A stretch of DNA of 64,000 nt from Patescibacteria group bacterium. GTDB lineage: Bacteria > Patescibacteriota > Minisyncoccia > Minisyncoccales > CAZWNE01. Shown here piece by piece: positions 55,201 to 64,000 of this stretch. The translations under genes were made by a program, and so were the position numbers. The stretch lies in contig JBBTTI010000003.1 of NCBI GenBank assembly GCA_038078735.1, forward strand, positions 8,538 to 72,537. Direction: 5' to 3'. The notes below the pieces were generated by a model, which did no database searches, had not been told where the DNA came from, and saw only the letters and a program-made list of their open reading frames with translations. Every line of letters begins with the position of its first letter. The first letter of the stretch is position 1.

Positions 55201-55237
55201 AAAAAACAGCTCCGCCAAAACGGAACTGTTTTTTTAT
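55201..55237 (+). terminator. rho-independent terminator after hicA
   Basis: AAAAAACAGCTCCG..CGGAACTGTTTTTTT. Confidence 0.65.
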
Positions 55238-55249
55238 AGGGATGTTAGT

Positions 55250-55270
55250 GTTAGGTACTCAGTGTCTAAC
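55250..55270. repeat. REP-like palindrome family A (GTTAGGTACT-c-AGTGTCTAAC)
   Basis: Preceded by a gttag half-site. Confidence 0.7.
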
Positions 55271-55650
55271 ATCCTAACCGGCGCCTATTGTAACTCTACC
55301 CAAAGAGTTGTGAGAACCATCGCTAGCCTCGAAAAAAATACTATTATCATTGACCAAAACGGTCAATGATGGCAGTCCTAGACTGCCTAAGCGATGGGCC
55401 TCAGTTCGGAATGATTCCCAATTATCGCGAAGTAACCTCTCCGCCCTTTTGGCTGCCATATCGAATTCCATTTTTTCCTCCTTCTCACGCCTGCCTAAAT
55501 AGGTCAGGACTTATAGAGTACAAGGCCGCTATTTCCCTAGCGGCGAGATGAACACCAGCGGAGAACCGTTCTCCGTTAAGCTGACGATCATTTCGCCGCC
55601 AAGGAATTTTATAAAAGAGCTTTCCCAAATCTGAATTCGCAATTTAGAAT

Positions 55651-55683
55651 GTTAGACGTCTGGCGTCTAACACCACGTCTAAC
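55651..55683. repeat. REP-like palindrome family A variant (GTTAGACG-tctgg-CGTCTAAC + extra CGTCTAAC arm)
   Basis: Same core as 36102..36122. Confidence 0.8.
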
Positions 55684-55744
55684 AACATTTCGAACTAAGA
55701 TTTAGTGTGGGGCGAGAAGCATTTTATTGCTCCTGCCCCACTTT

Positions 55745-55978
55745 TTAACCACCCTTTTTTCCTCCTTTCTTCCCCCTCAGCCGACCCATGGCCCAGCCGA
55801 TAAGGAAAATAAAAATGGTTATTGTTAGCAACGGTTGCCATACCGCTGCTATCGCCCTCGCTAAGAGGGCTCCGAACCAATGTGGGTTGACGATAAATAC
55901 TATCGCCGCCAACCCCACCACCACCCACAGCGTCCTCCTCGGGTCCCCAAGGAGAAAAGATACCCATCTCCTTCGCAT
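55745..55978 (-). CDS. 77-aa two-TM membrane protein on a GC-rich islet
   Basis: Strong SD (AAGGAGGGAAAATG). MRRRWVSFLLGDPRRTLWVVVGLAAIVFIV...GKKGGKKGG. About 55% GC. Confidence 0.4.
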   Translation of the reverse strand: MRRRWVSFLLGDPRRTLWVVVGLAAIVFIVNPHWFGALLARAIAAVWQPLLTITIFIFLIGWAMGRLRGKKGGKKGG

Positions 55979-56166
55979 TTTCCCTCCTTAAAAAATCTTT
56001 TTATTTTTCTATAATTTCTTACCGTTTTTTCGCGGCAGCGAGGTGGCCTCTCTTTGACATAAAGCCCGAAAGGCCACTTCGCTACTGCGAATATTTATAG
56101 TATAGCATACTGCCTTGAACTTGTCAAGGGATTTAACAACCGCTGGTTTTATGCTATTATAATGAA

Positions 56167-57864
56167 ATGGAAAAAATAGAGACAATCAGGCATTCGTTGG
56201 CGCATATTCTGGCTTATGCGGTTCAGGACCTTTGGCCTGCAACCAAATTTGGCATGGGGCCTGCCATTGATAACGGCTTCTATTATGATTTTGACTTTCC
56301 CTTCCCTATTTCCGAAACCGACTTGGTGAAAATTGAGAAAAAAATGCGAGAGTTACTACGGCAAAACATCACTTTTGAAAGAAAGGAAATTGCCAAAGAT
56401 AAGGCAAATATTTTATTTAAAAACCAGCCATATAAACTTGAACTCATAAAAGATACAGAGAACGGGTCTCTGTATGTTTACCGAAGTGGCGAATTTACGG
56501 ACTTATGCAAGGGCCCTCACATTGACTCAACAAAGGAAATCCCGTTTGACGGATTTAAGCTGACCAAACTTGCCGGGGCTTACTGGCGGGGTTCAGAAAA
56601 AAATAAAATGCTGACAAGAATTTATGGCGTGGCATTTACAACAAAAAAAGAACTGGAAAAATATATCAAACTTCAAGAAGAAGCCGGAAAACGAGACCAC
56701 AAAAAAATTGGCGAGAAATTAGATTTATTCAGCTTTCATCCTGAAGCCCCAGGAATGGCATTTTGGCATCCGAAAGGGATGATTCTTTGGAATGAACTGG
56801 AAAAATTTGGAAAAGACTTAAGAAAAAAATACGGCTCTAAAGAAATTCAGACTCCCCAGCTTGCCAAGAAAATTTTATGGGATACATCCGGGCATTGGGA
56901 TCATTATAAAGACAATATGTTTTATTTTGATGTTGAAAAAGAAACCTACTGCCTCAAACCGATGGATTGCCCGTTTAATATTAAAATTTATCAGACCAAA
57001 CCGCGATCGTATAAAGAACTCCCAATCAGATACACCGAAATTGGCAGGGTTATGAGAAATGAAAAATCCGGCGAGCTCAACGGTCTATTTAGAGTTAGGG
57101 CTATCACCCAAGATGATGCTCATATATTTGCCGCCAAAGACCAGGTAGAAAAAGAAATTTCCACTCTTTTGAAAATGGTGAAAGAATACTATCGGGCATT
57201 CAAAATTAAGCCTGAATTCTTTTTCTCTACTCGCCCCGACGACTTTATGGGAGAGATACCTATTTGGGATAAAGCGGAAGAAAATCTCAAAAACGCCCTC
57301 AAAAAAGAAAAAATCATTTATGGGGTCAAGGAAAAAGACGGGGCTTTTTACGGACCAAAAATTGACATAAATATAAAAGACGCTATCGGAAGATCGTGGC
57401 AGTTAGCTACTATTCAGCTGGACTTTCAACTGCCGCAAAGATTTAATTTAGAATATACGAACGAGAAAGGAGACAGGGAAAAACCAGTCATGATCCACGC
57501 CGCTATTTTCGGATCATTTGAAAGATTTATCGGAATATTAATTGAACATTTAAACGGCGATCTTCCTTTTTGGCTGTCCCCTGTTCAGGTGGAAATAATT
57601 AATATCGGAAAATCGCAATCAAAATACGCCAAAGATATTTTGAAACAATTGGAAGAAATTAGCATAAGGGCGGAAATTGCCAAAGAAGATATGACTCTCG
57701 GCAAACGCATTCGAGAAGCTGAAATGCAAAAAATTCCCTATATTTTGATTATCGGCGATAAAGAAGTTAAGGCAAAGTCCATTAGCGTAAGACAAAGAGG
57801 AAAGGGTGACTTAGGAGCAATGAAATTGAGCAAATTCATAAAAAAAGTTAAGCTAGAAGCATGA
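56167..57864 (+). CDS. thrS: threonine--tRNA ligase (no TGS/N1 domain)
   Basis: Editing-domain HSLAHIL, class II motifs (FRVRAITQDDAHIF, GSFERFIG) and anticodon-binding domain. Confidence 0.9.
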   Translation: MEKIETIRHSLAHILAYAVQDLWPATKFGMGPAIDNGFYYDFDFPFPISETDLVKIEKKMRELLRQNITFERKEIAKDKANILFKNQPYKLELIKDTENGSLYVYRSGEFTDLCKGPHIDSTKEIPFDGFKLTKLAGAYWRGSEKNKMLTRIYGVAFTTKKELEKYIKLQEEAGKRDHKKIGEKLDLFSFHPEAPGMAFWHPKGMILWNELEKFGKDLRKKYGSKEIQTPQLAKKILWDTSGHWDHYKDNMFYFDVEKETYCLKPMDCPFNIKIYQTKPRSYKELPIRYTEIGRVMRNEKSGELNGLFRVRAITQDDAHIFAAKDQVEKEISTLLKMVKEYYRAFKIKPEFFFSTRPDDFMGEIPIWDKAEENLKNALKKEKIIYGVKEKDGAFYGPKIDINIKDAIGRSWQLATIQLDFQLPQRFNLEYTNEKGDREKPVMIHAAIFGSFERFIGILIEHLNGDLPFWLSPVQVEIINIGKSQSKYAKDILKQLEEISIRAEIAKEDMTLGKRIREAEMQKIPYILIIGDKEVKAKSISVRQRGKGDLGAMKLSKFIKKVKLEA

Positions 57865-59450
57865 TTATATCTCAACAAACGCAAAAATTAATCCAGCGCT
57901 ACCAAGCCTGGCAAAGGGGTCTGGAACCGGCCAAACAAGGAACGGCGGTTATTCATGTGGACGAAGTTGCCTCAAAAGTGGCGGTTTTTTACGAAAAAAT
58001 CCGAGGAGTGATTGATTGGCGGGAAGAACATTTATTCAGAAGAGCCGGGATAGAAAGAATTTTGAAAAGAAGGCTGTTTTTGACAAAAACCGGCGAAAAT
58101 TTAGCCGAATCTTTTGTTTTAGAACTAATTCGCGGAGGATATTTTCCAAATGACCGAATAGAAGAAACGAAAATTCAAGATGTCCAACGGATTCTTGATA
58201 AATATATTTTTATTCTTCAGAAGAGCCGCGCCATTAGCGGAGAAAAAATAAAATTTCAACTTTATGACTGGCTGCTTTCTTTGGCAGCTTGTGAAGTGGA
58301 AGAAATTTTAGAGCCCAACCGCCGAGAACGGGCTTTGATTGAATTTATGGAAGAATCAATGCGGGAAAAAATAATTGCTCCGACCGGAATGCCAGACAGC
58401 GAAAAAAATACTCAAATTTCAATCGGCGTGCAGCAAGCTCTGTTCAAATTAGATAAAAACACCATCAGCTATCAACTCTTAAAAGAGAAATATCCCGATT
58501 GGTTCAATTTACCGCAACTCCGGCTTGAAGAAATCAGCCAAAATATCTATTCAATCTGGAAGACTATTGAAAAAGACCTTGCCCACCCTTTGGCCGGAAA
58601 ATTCTATAAGATTTTAGAAAGATATGATACTCCATATTTAATTTTGGGCGATGTCCTTTCTGTTGATCCTCAAAAAGCGCAAGAAATGATTTTGGATACC
58701 GGAACTCTGGAGGGCGCGATAAAAGAAACTTATTCTAAAAGATTACATAAATTAAGCTCCCGATTAAAAAAAGCAGCTATTTTCAGCACTATTTCAATTT
58801 TTCTGACTAAAATGGTGCTGGCATTCATCGCCGAAATTCCCGTTGATATATATATATTACACAATCAACTTAATCTGCAAGCTCTGGGATTAAGCGTTAT
58901 TATCCCCCCCCTCTTAATGTTTGCTATGGTTCTTAGTATCAAGCCCCCGAAGAAAAGCAATTTAGAAAAAGTAATAATGGAAACTACCAAAATAATTTTT
59001 ACAACAGAAAAAAAAGATAATTATAAAATTTACGCTACCAAAAAACGGGGATTTCTTTTAAGCGCGATAATCTTTATTGTCTATCTTATTACTTTCTTTG
59101 TGTCTTTCGCATTTATTTTATGGTCCCTGGATAAATTAAGTTTTGGGTTGATGTCTAAAATAATATTTATCATCTTCTTCTCTCTTATCTTTTTTGCCGG
59201 AGCAAAAATCAGAGAGAGATCGAAAGAATTGACGGTTGAAGAAGAAAAAGGCGGATTATTTTCTTTTTTATTTGATTCTTTTTCTTTGCCATTTTTACGT
59301 TTAGGGCAATGGCTCTCCGGGCAATGGACGAGATTCAATATAGTTATGGTTATGATCACGGCTTTAATTGATATGCCATTCCATCTTTTCACCGAACTCT
59401 TGGAACAATGGCGTTATTTTATCAAAGAAAAAAAAGATGAAATACGATAG
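57861..59450 (+). CDS. hypothetical protein: ~330-aa cytoplasmic domain + ~6 TM C-terminal domain
   Basis: 529 aa, ATGA-overlapped with the thrS stop. No family recognised. Confidence 0.55.
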   Translation: MIISQQTQKLIQRYQAWQRGLEPAKQGTAVIHVDEVASKVAVFYEKIRGVIDWREEHLFRRAGIERILKRRLFLTKTGENLAESFVLELIRGGYFPNDRIEETKIQDVQRILDKYIFILQKSRAISGEKIKFQLYDWLLSLAACEVEEILEPNRRERALIEFMEESMREKIIAPTGMPDSEKNTQISIGVQQALFKLDKNTISYQLLKEKYPDWFNLPQLRLEEISQNIYSIWKTIEKDLAHPLAGKFYKILERYDTPYLILGDVLSVDPQKAQEMILDTGTLEGAIKETYSKRLHKLSSRLKKAAIFSTISIFLTKMVLAFIAEIPVDIYILHNQLNLQALGLSVIIPPLLMFAMVLSIKPPKKSNLEKVIMETTKIIFTTEKKDNYKIYATKKRGFLLSAIIFIVYLITFFVSFAFILWSLDKLSFGLMSKIIFIIFFSLIFFAGAKIRERSKELTVEEEKGGLFSFLFDSFSLPFLRLGQWLSGQWTRFNIVMVMITALIDMPFHLFTELLEQWRYFIKEKKDEIR

Positions 59451-60426
59451 GCGAAAATACTGGATTATTACATATGGCTGCCAAATGAATGAGTCTGATT
59501 CCGAACGAATTTCTTCAGTCTTGGAAAAAAAAGGTTATTCTGCGGCTTCAACAATAAATGAAGCCGATTTTATTGCGGTCAATATGTGCTCAGTCAGACA
59601 ATCGGCGACAGATAGAGTTTTTGGCATCGGTCAAAAATTGATTAAACTAAAAACAAAAAATCCAAAAATAAAAACTGTCCTGACCGGATGCATACTCAAA
59701 TCTGATAAAATAAAATTCCACAAAATTTTTGATGAAATTTGGAATAAAAAAACTTTACTTAGCGACAGACCATCTTCTTATATTCCAATTTCTAACGGTT
59801 GTAACAATAACTGCAGTTATTGCGTTGTACCATTAACGCGAGGCCGCTTAATTTGCCGACCTCACAAAAAAATATTAACAGAAATTAAAAATGCCGTAAA
59901 AAATGACTTAAAAGAAATTTGGCTTTTGGGCCAGAACGTTAATGATTATAATTCAGAAGGTGTAAATTTCGCAAAACTCCTGAAAATGGCGAGTAATATT
60001 CCGGGAGATTTCCAAGTCAGATTTATGTCGCCTCATCCTGCTTATTTTACCAATGAGTTGATTGACACCATGGCTAAACATAAAAAAATAGCCCGCTATT
60101 TGAATCTGCCCGTGCAATCGGGCGATAATAAAATTTTAAAAGCAATGAATAGGCCATATACGGTTCTACAATATAAAAATTTAGTTAAAAAAATCAGAAA
60201 AAAAATCCCCGATATCAATCTTTCCACGGATATTATCGTCGGCTTTCCCGGAGAAACAAAAAAACAATTTGAAAATACGGTAAAACTTTTTAAGGAAATA
60301 AAATATGATATGGCCTATATTTCTAAATATTCTTCCCGCACCGGCACTGCCGCCTTTAAATTAAAAGATAATATCCCTATAAAAGAAAAAAAACGAAGAT
60401 GGAAAATCTTAAACGACTTATTGTAG
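59437..60426 (+). CDS. miaB: radical-SAM methylthiotransferase (MiaB/RimO family; TRAM domain reduced)
   Basis: MTTase N-domain (YWIITYGCQMNESDSE) and radical SAM CNNNCSYC. Adjacent to miaA. Confidence 0.8.
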   Translation: MKYDRRKYWIITYGCQMNESDSERISSVLEKKGYSAASTINEADFIAVNMCSVRQSATDRVFGIGQKLIKLKTKNPKIKTVLTGCILKSDKIKFHKIFDEIWNKKTLLSDRPSSYIPISNGCNNNCSYCVVPLTRGRLICRPHKKILTEIKNAVKNDLKEIWLLGQNVNDYNSEGVNFAKLLKMASNIPGDFQVRFMSPHPAYFTNELIDTMAKHKKIARYLNLPVQSGDNKILKAMNRPYTVLQYKNLVKKIRKKIPDINLSTDIIVGFPGETKKQFENTVKLFKEIKYDMAYISKYSSRTGTAAFKLKDNIPIKEKKRRWKILNDLL

Positions 60427-61250
60427 TTTTAGGACCGACGGGTTCGGGGAAGTCGAATTTAGCCGTTAAGCTTGCCAAAAAGTTCAATGGCGAGGTGATT
60501 TCGGCTGATTCGCGCCAAATTTATAAGGGTATGGACATCGGCACGGGAAAAATAACTAAAAAAGAAATGGAAGGTATCCCCCATCATCTTATAGATGTCG
60601 TTTCTCCCAAAAGAAGATTTACTGTTACCCAATACAGAAATTTAGCCCTTCGGGCTATAAATAAAATTTTTAAGAAAAATAAAATTCCCGTTCTTTGCGG
60701 CGGTACCGGTTTTTACATTCAATCTGTGGTTGACGGAATAGTGATTCCGGAAGTTAAGCCTGATTGGAAATTAAGAAAAAAACTGGAAAAAAAATCAGTA
60801 AAAGAATTGCATAAACTATTAAAAAAGCTTGATCCCGAAAGAGCAAAATCTATTGATAAATTTAATCCCAGAAGAGTAATCCGGGCTATAGAAATTATAA
60901 TGAAAACCGGAAAACCGATTCCGGAATTAAAGAAAAACCCTCTACCATATTCGGTCTTAATCATTGGACTGAAACTGACAAAAAATGAACTTGAAAAAAG
61001 AATCAAACAAAGAGTAGAAAAAATGATTAAGCTTGGATTGGAAAAAGAAGCAAAAAAATTTCTTGCGCCGATAATCGGTTATCAAGAATGGTCTCTGCCC
61101 AACCCCAAAGATTTAATTATTCAACACACTATTCAGTATGCCAAGCGCCAAATGACTTGGTTCAAAAAAGATAAGAGAATTATTTGGTTAAAAACTCAAA
61201 AAGAAGCTGAGAAGCTAACTAAGAAATTTCTGCAAAATATCTCCCACTAG
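60399..61250 (+). CDS. miaA: tRNA dimethylallyltransferase
   Basis: P-loop GPTGSGKS and the DSRQIYKGMDIGTGK motif. Confidence 0.9.
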   Translation: MENLKRLIVVLGPTGSGKSNLAVKLAKKFNGEVISADSRQIYKGMDIGTGKITKKEMEGIPHHLIDVVSPKRRFTVTQYRNLALRAINKIFKKNKIPVLCGGTGFYIQSVVDGIVIPEVKPDWKLRKKLEKKSVKELHKLLKKLDPERAKSIDKFNPRRVIRAIEIIMKTGKPIPELKKNPLPYSVLIIGLKLTKNELEKRIKQRVEKMIKLGLEKEAKKFLAPIIGYQEWSLPNPKDLIIQHTIQYAKRQMTWFKKDKRIIWLKTQKEAEKLTKKFLQNISH

Positions 61251-62594
61251 TTTGGGATTAGCCCGGCCCTTGCTTTTGGCCATTACTTGGCCGGCTAAAA
61301 ATTGTAGAACATTAGTTTTGCCTTTTTTATAGTCTTCCATTGCTTTTGGATTTTGTGAAATAACTTCTTTAATAATTTTTTCCAAATCTCCTTCGCCGCT
61401 CATCTGCTCCAATCCTCTCTCTTTTATAACTTCCGAGGGCTGTTTTGTTGTTATTTCGGGTAAAATTTCTTTGGCTGTCGTTTTAGATATCTTTCCGTCT
61501 TTTATCAAAGTTATCATCTGTGAAAAATTTTCAGACGGGATATTATAGTTTTTTATTTCAGTGTTGATTAAGAAATCTGCCGCTGATTTAATTAAATCAA
61601 AAGATAAGCCCTTAGCAACTGCTTCAAAATACTCTCCTAAGTTTTTATCGTAAACCAGAACATCGACATTTTTCTCGTCTAACCCGTAATCTTTGATAAA
61701 TCTTTCTTTTCTTTGTTGGGGTAATTCGGGAATTTCTGACCTAATCTTATCAATAAAATCTGCTGTAAAATGCAAGGGCGGCAAATCTGGCTCAGAGAAA
61801 TATCGGTAATCATGCGCCGACTCTTTTTCTCTTTGGCTAACCGTTATCCCTTTCAGATCATCCCAGCCGCGAGTTTCCTGAATGATTTTTTCTCCCTTAT
61901 CCAATAATTCCGTCTGCCTTTTAATTTCATAATCAGCTGCTCGTTCTACTGAACGAAAAGAATTTAAATTTTTAATTTCTGTCTTAGTACCTAATTCCTT
62001 ACTTTTTGAAATGGATAAGTTAATTTCAACTCTCATCTGTCCTTTTTCCATATCAGCGTCGGAAACATCAAGATAATGCATAATCAGATGCAAATCTTGG
62101 GCAAATTGCCTCGCTTCCTTAGCCGAAGCGATATCCGGCTCTGTCACTAATTCCATTAAAGGAACTCCTGCCCTGTTAAAATCAACCAAGGAATAGTCTT
62201 TTTCGTGGATTAATCTTCCCGTATCTTCTTCAAGGTGAATTTCCCTTATTCTTATGCGCTTAGTTTCTTTTAGTTTAAGATATCCGTTTTTGCATAATGG
62301 TTCGTAAAGCTGACTGATTTGATAACCCTTTGGCAAGTCGGGATAGAAATAATTTTTTCTATCAAACTTGGAAAATTCCGGAATCTGACAATTTAAAGAC
62401 AGCCCTGTTTTGATAACTTTTCTCACCGCTTCTTCGTTGATTACCGGGAGAGTTCCGGGCTGGGCCGTACAGATGGGACAGATATTAACATTGGGGTTGC
62501 GCTCATCGGGATTATTTGAACAAGAACAGAACATTTTGCTCTTTGTATTCAATTCAATATGGATTTCAAGGCCAATAGTAGGCTGATATGTCAT
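61215..62594 (-). CDS. gatB: Asp/Glu-tRNA amidotransferase subunit B
   Basis: GLEIHIELNTKSKMFCSC, followed by the GatB/YqeY C-terminal domain. Confidence 0.9.
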   Translation of the reverse strand: MTYQPTIGLEIHIELNTKSKMFCSCSNNPDERNPNVNICPICTAQPGTLPVINEEAVRKVIKTGLSLNCQIPEFSKFDRKNYFYPDLPKGYQISQLYEPLCKNGYLKLKETKRIRIREIHLEEDTGRLIHEKDYSLVDFNRAGVPLMELVTEPDIASAKEARQFAQDLHLIMHYLDVSDADMEKGQMRVEINLSISKSKELGTKTEIKNLNSFRSVERAADYEIKRQTELLDKGEKIIQETRGWDDLKGITVSQREKESAHDYRYFSEPDLPPLHFTADFIDKIRSEIPELPQQRKERFIKDYGLDEKNVDVLVYDKNLGEYFEAVAKGLSFDLIKSAADFLINTEIKNYNIPSENFSQMITLIKDGKISKTTAKEILPEITTKQPSEVIKERGLEQMSGEGDLEKIIKEVISQNPKAMEDYKKGKTNVLQFLAGQVMAKSKGRANPKLVGDILQKFLS

Positions 62595-63256
62595 AATTTT
62601 TTTGATTCTTCCACTATTTCCACTCCGGAAGACGTGCCGATAATATCTGCGCCAGCTTCCAGCATTATTTTAACATCAGACAGTGTTCTCACCGCGCCAG
62701 AGGCCTTAACTAAAATTCCCGGAGCCGATTCCCGCATAATCTTTATATGTTTGGCTTTTTCCGCCAACTCGGCATTGTCTAAAGGATCTTCAATTGTGGC
62801 GGTTTTAACGTAAATTGCCCCGGATTCTTTCACCATTTCCGAAGCCTTTTTTATTTCTTCATCAGTCAGATATCCTGAGCCGATTATAACTTTAGTCGGT
62901 AAAATTCTGCATAATTCTTTTAAATCTTCTGACACTTCCTGGTATTTTTTATTTTTAAAACTATCTATCTGCATCACCAGTTCAATTTCATCGGAACCGT
63001 CTTTTTTGGCCTGCTCGGCTATTTTTATTCTTTCTTCGTGAGAGCTGGCGCCAGTCGGCGCATCAACCAAAGTTGTGACCTTAACGCCAGAATCCTTTAA
63101 AAATTCTTTGGCCCATTTTGTATGTTCAGGATAAACACAAAACGCCCGAAAATCGTATTCCTCGGCCTCCTGGCAAACCTTTTTTATTTCATCCTCCCCC
63201 GCTCCCTTTTTTAAAAATGTTTGGTCTACTATTTTAGCAATATTTTCCATACTCAA
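62591..63256 (-). CDS. deoC: deoxyribose-phosphate aldolase-like (DeoC family)
   Basis: TIM-barrel aldolase pattern with the Schiff-base Lys region (YVKTAT) and a DeoC-like N-terminus. Confidence 0.7.
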   Translation of the reverse strand: MSMENIAKIVDQTFLKKGAGEDEIKKVCQEAEEYDFRAFCVYPEHTKWAKEFLKDSGVKVTTLVDAPTGASSHEERIKIAEQAKKDGSDEIELVMQIDSFKNKKYQEVSEDLKELCRILPTKVIIGSGYLTDEEIKKASEMVKESGAIYVKTATIEDPLDNAELAEKAKHIKIMRESAPGILVKASGAVRTLSDVKIMLEAGADIIGTSSGVEIVEESKKL

Positions 63257-63293
63257 ATTTTAGCAAAATTTCCCCAAAATAAAAAGCTCCCAA

Positions 63294-63917
63294 TCACTTG
63301 GGAGCTGCCTTTTTATAATATCGGCAATCTTTAACTTCCGGACATTTACCATAAGTGATGCACTGCGGTTCAGCCCACTCTTTGAAAGCTGGTATAGTGT
63401 CTTTTATATATTTCGCGATCTGCCAGGCGATAATTCTAATTTCCCATTGGGCTTCAACACAGGTTCTCTTTCCTTTAGTATGCCAACTTAATTGGGTTGT
63501 TATGCCGGCCGGTAAAAATCCTCTTAAAATATCAAAGGCTCTGGCTTTAATCGCTTTTTTATAAACAATTTCGTCGTCTGCTTCTTTTTTAGGATACTTG
63601 CCCGCCAAAAATTCCTCCATTATCGGCAAACTTTCTAAATAAAATTTCATCCAGTTTTGAAACACAGCCCTTGATTGGTCAGTTGCAATCGGGTCGATTA
63701 TCGGTTGTTGTGACATATCTACATAACGAGTGCTTGTTTCTTGACCACTATATAATGGCCAATCCTGGATTGCCTTATCGCCAAGAATGCTGATGCCTTC
63801 AATAAATATTGTCGTGCTGCCGCAATCAGCAATGCTTGCGTGACCGTAGCCAACGTAAAATTGCTCCATGAATTTGCCTGAACCTGTTTTTTTTACTTTT
63901 TCAACATGTTCTGCCAC
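63294..63917 (-). CDS. ThyX-family (flavin-dependent thymidylate synthase-like) protein with divergent RHR motif
   Basis: Aligns to the ThyX core (GYGHASIADCG...SGQETSTRY). DWP replaces RHR. GTG start. An in-frame TGA lies 5 codons upstream, near the window edge. Confidence 0.5.
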   Translation of the reverse strand: MAEHVEKVKKTGSGKFMEQFYVGYGHASIADCGSTTIFIEGISILGDKAIQDWPLYSGQETSTRYVDMSQQPIIDPIATDQSRAVFQNWMKFYLESLPIMEEFLAGKYPKKEADDEIVYKKAIKARAFDILRGFLPAGITTQLSWHTKGKRTCVEAQWEIRIIAWQIAKYIKDTIPAFKEWAEPQCITYGKCPEVKDCRYYKKAAPK

Positions 63918-64000
63918 GCTTTGCGGACTTCAGGAATAAAGCGCTTGCATCATTGCTATATCCTCCGGCGGAAATTCATCGTATACAAATATTTTTGCCA

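Noticed and set aside
63880-64000. Alternative genetic code (UGA read as sense, as in some CPR lineages) suggested by the in-frame TGA before the thyX-like ORF
   Set aside because: All long housekeeping ORFs in the window are intact under the standard code. Clean TGA/TAA/TAG stops coincide with expected protein ends.

Overview
Low-GC (~35%) window with a compact, mostly minus-strand housekeeping backbone; I infer a small-genome Patescibacteria/CPR-like bacterium. Backbone calls in window order: fmt (5' partial), efp, ychF, rluA-like, DEAD-box helicase, rarA, an ABC-F ATPase, dnaX, cysS, dnaB, recR, rplU, rmuC, the mraZ-rsmH-ftsL-ftsI dcw block, a ClpB-like AAA+ ATPase, prmC, tgt, acyP, rplL-rplJ, mltG, def, rpmG, trmD, a KH protein, rpsP, rnc, nusB, rpmF, rnhB, dnaE, thrS, miaB-miaA, gatB, deoC and a thyX-like gene, plus six tRNAs (Gln, Glu, Val, Trp, Thr, Tyr). 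Seven short islands of higher GC, most bounded by palindromic repeats, sit on this backbone. The most notable items are: (1) dnaE carries a 375-aa intein whose homing-endonuclease module is atypical (zinc ribbon + three NUMOD3-like repeats + a PD-(D/E)xK-like nuclease motif). (2) Two paralogous COG1943/IS200-like HuH Y1 transposases (RAYT-like), each flanked by matching hairpins, together with several dispersed families of 21-35 bp REP-like palindromes, some embedded in-frame in housekeeping genes (fmt, trmD, cysS, prmC). (3) Two cargo islands inserted exactly at the 3' ends of genes (helicase and clpB-like), each bounded by 58-83 bp direct repeats that duplicate the gene's last codons and stop, with no integrase present. 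(4) A conserved CCCATCTTTCAGCC...GAGCTGAAA element in three copies, and a densely nested ~300-nt structured region upstream of a 58-aa two-TM peptide. (5) A collagen-like/PEBP fusion lipoprotein, a SWIB protein, a hicBA module and a GxxExxY nuclease-fold gene. No rRNA and no CRISPR array were seen.
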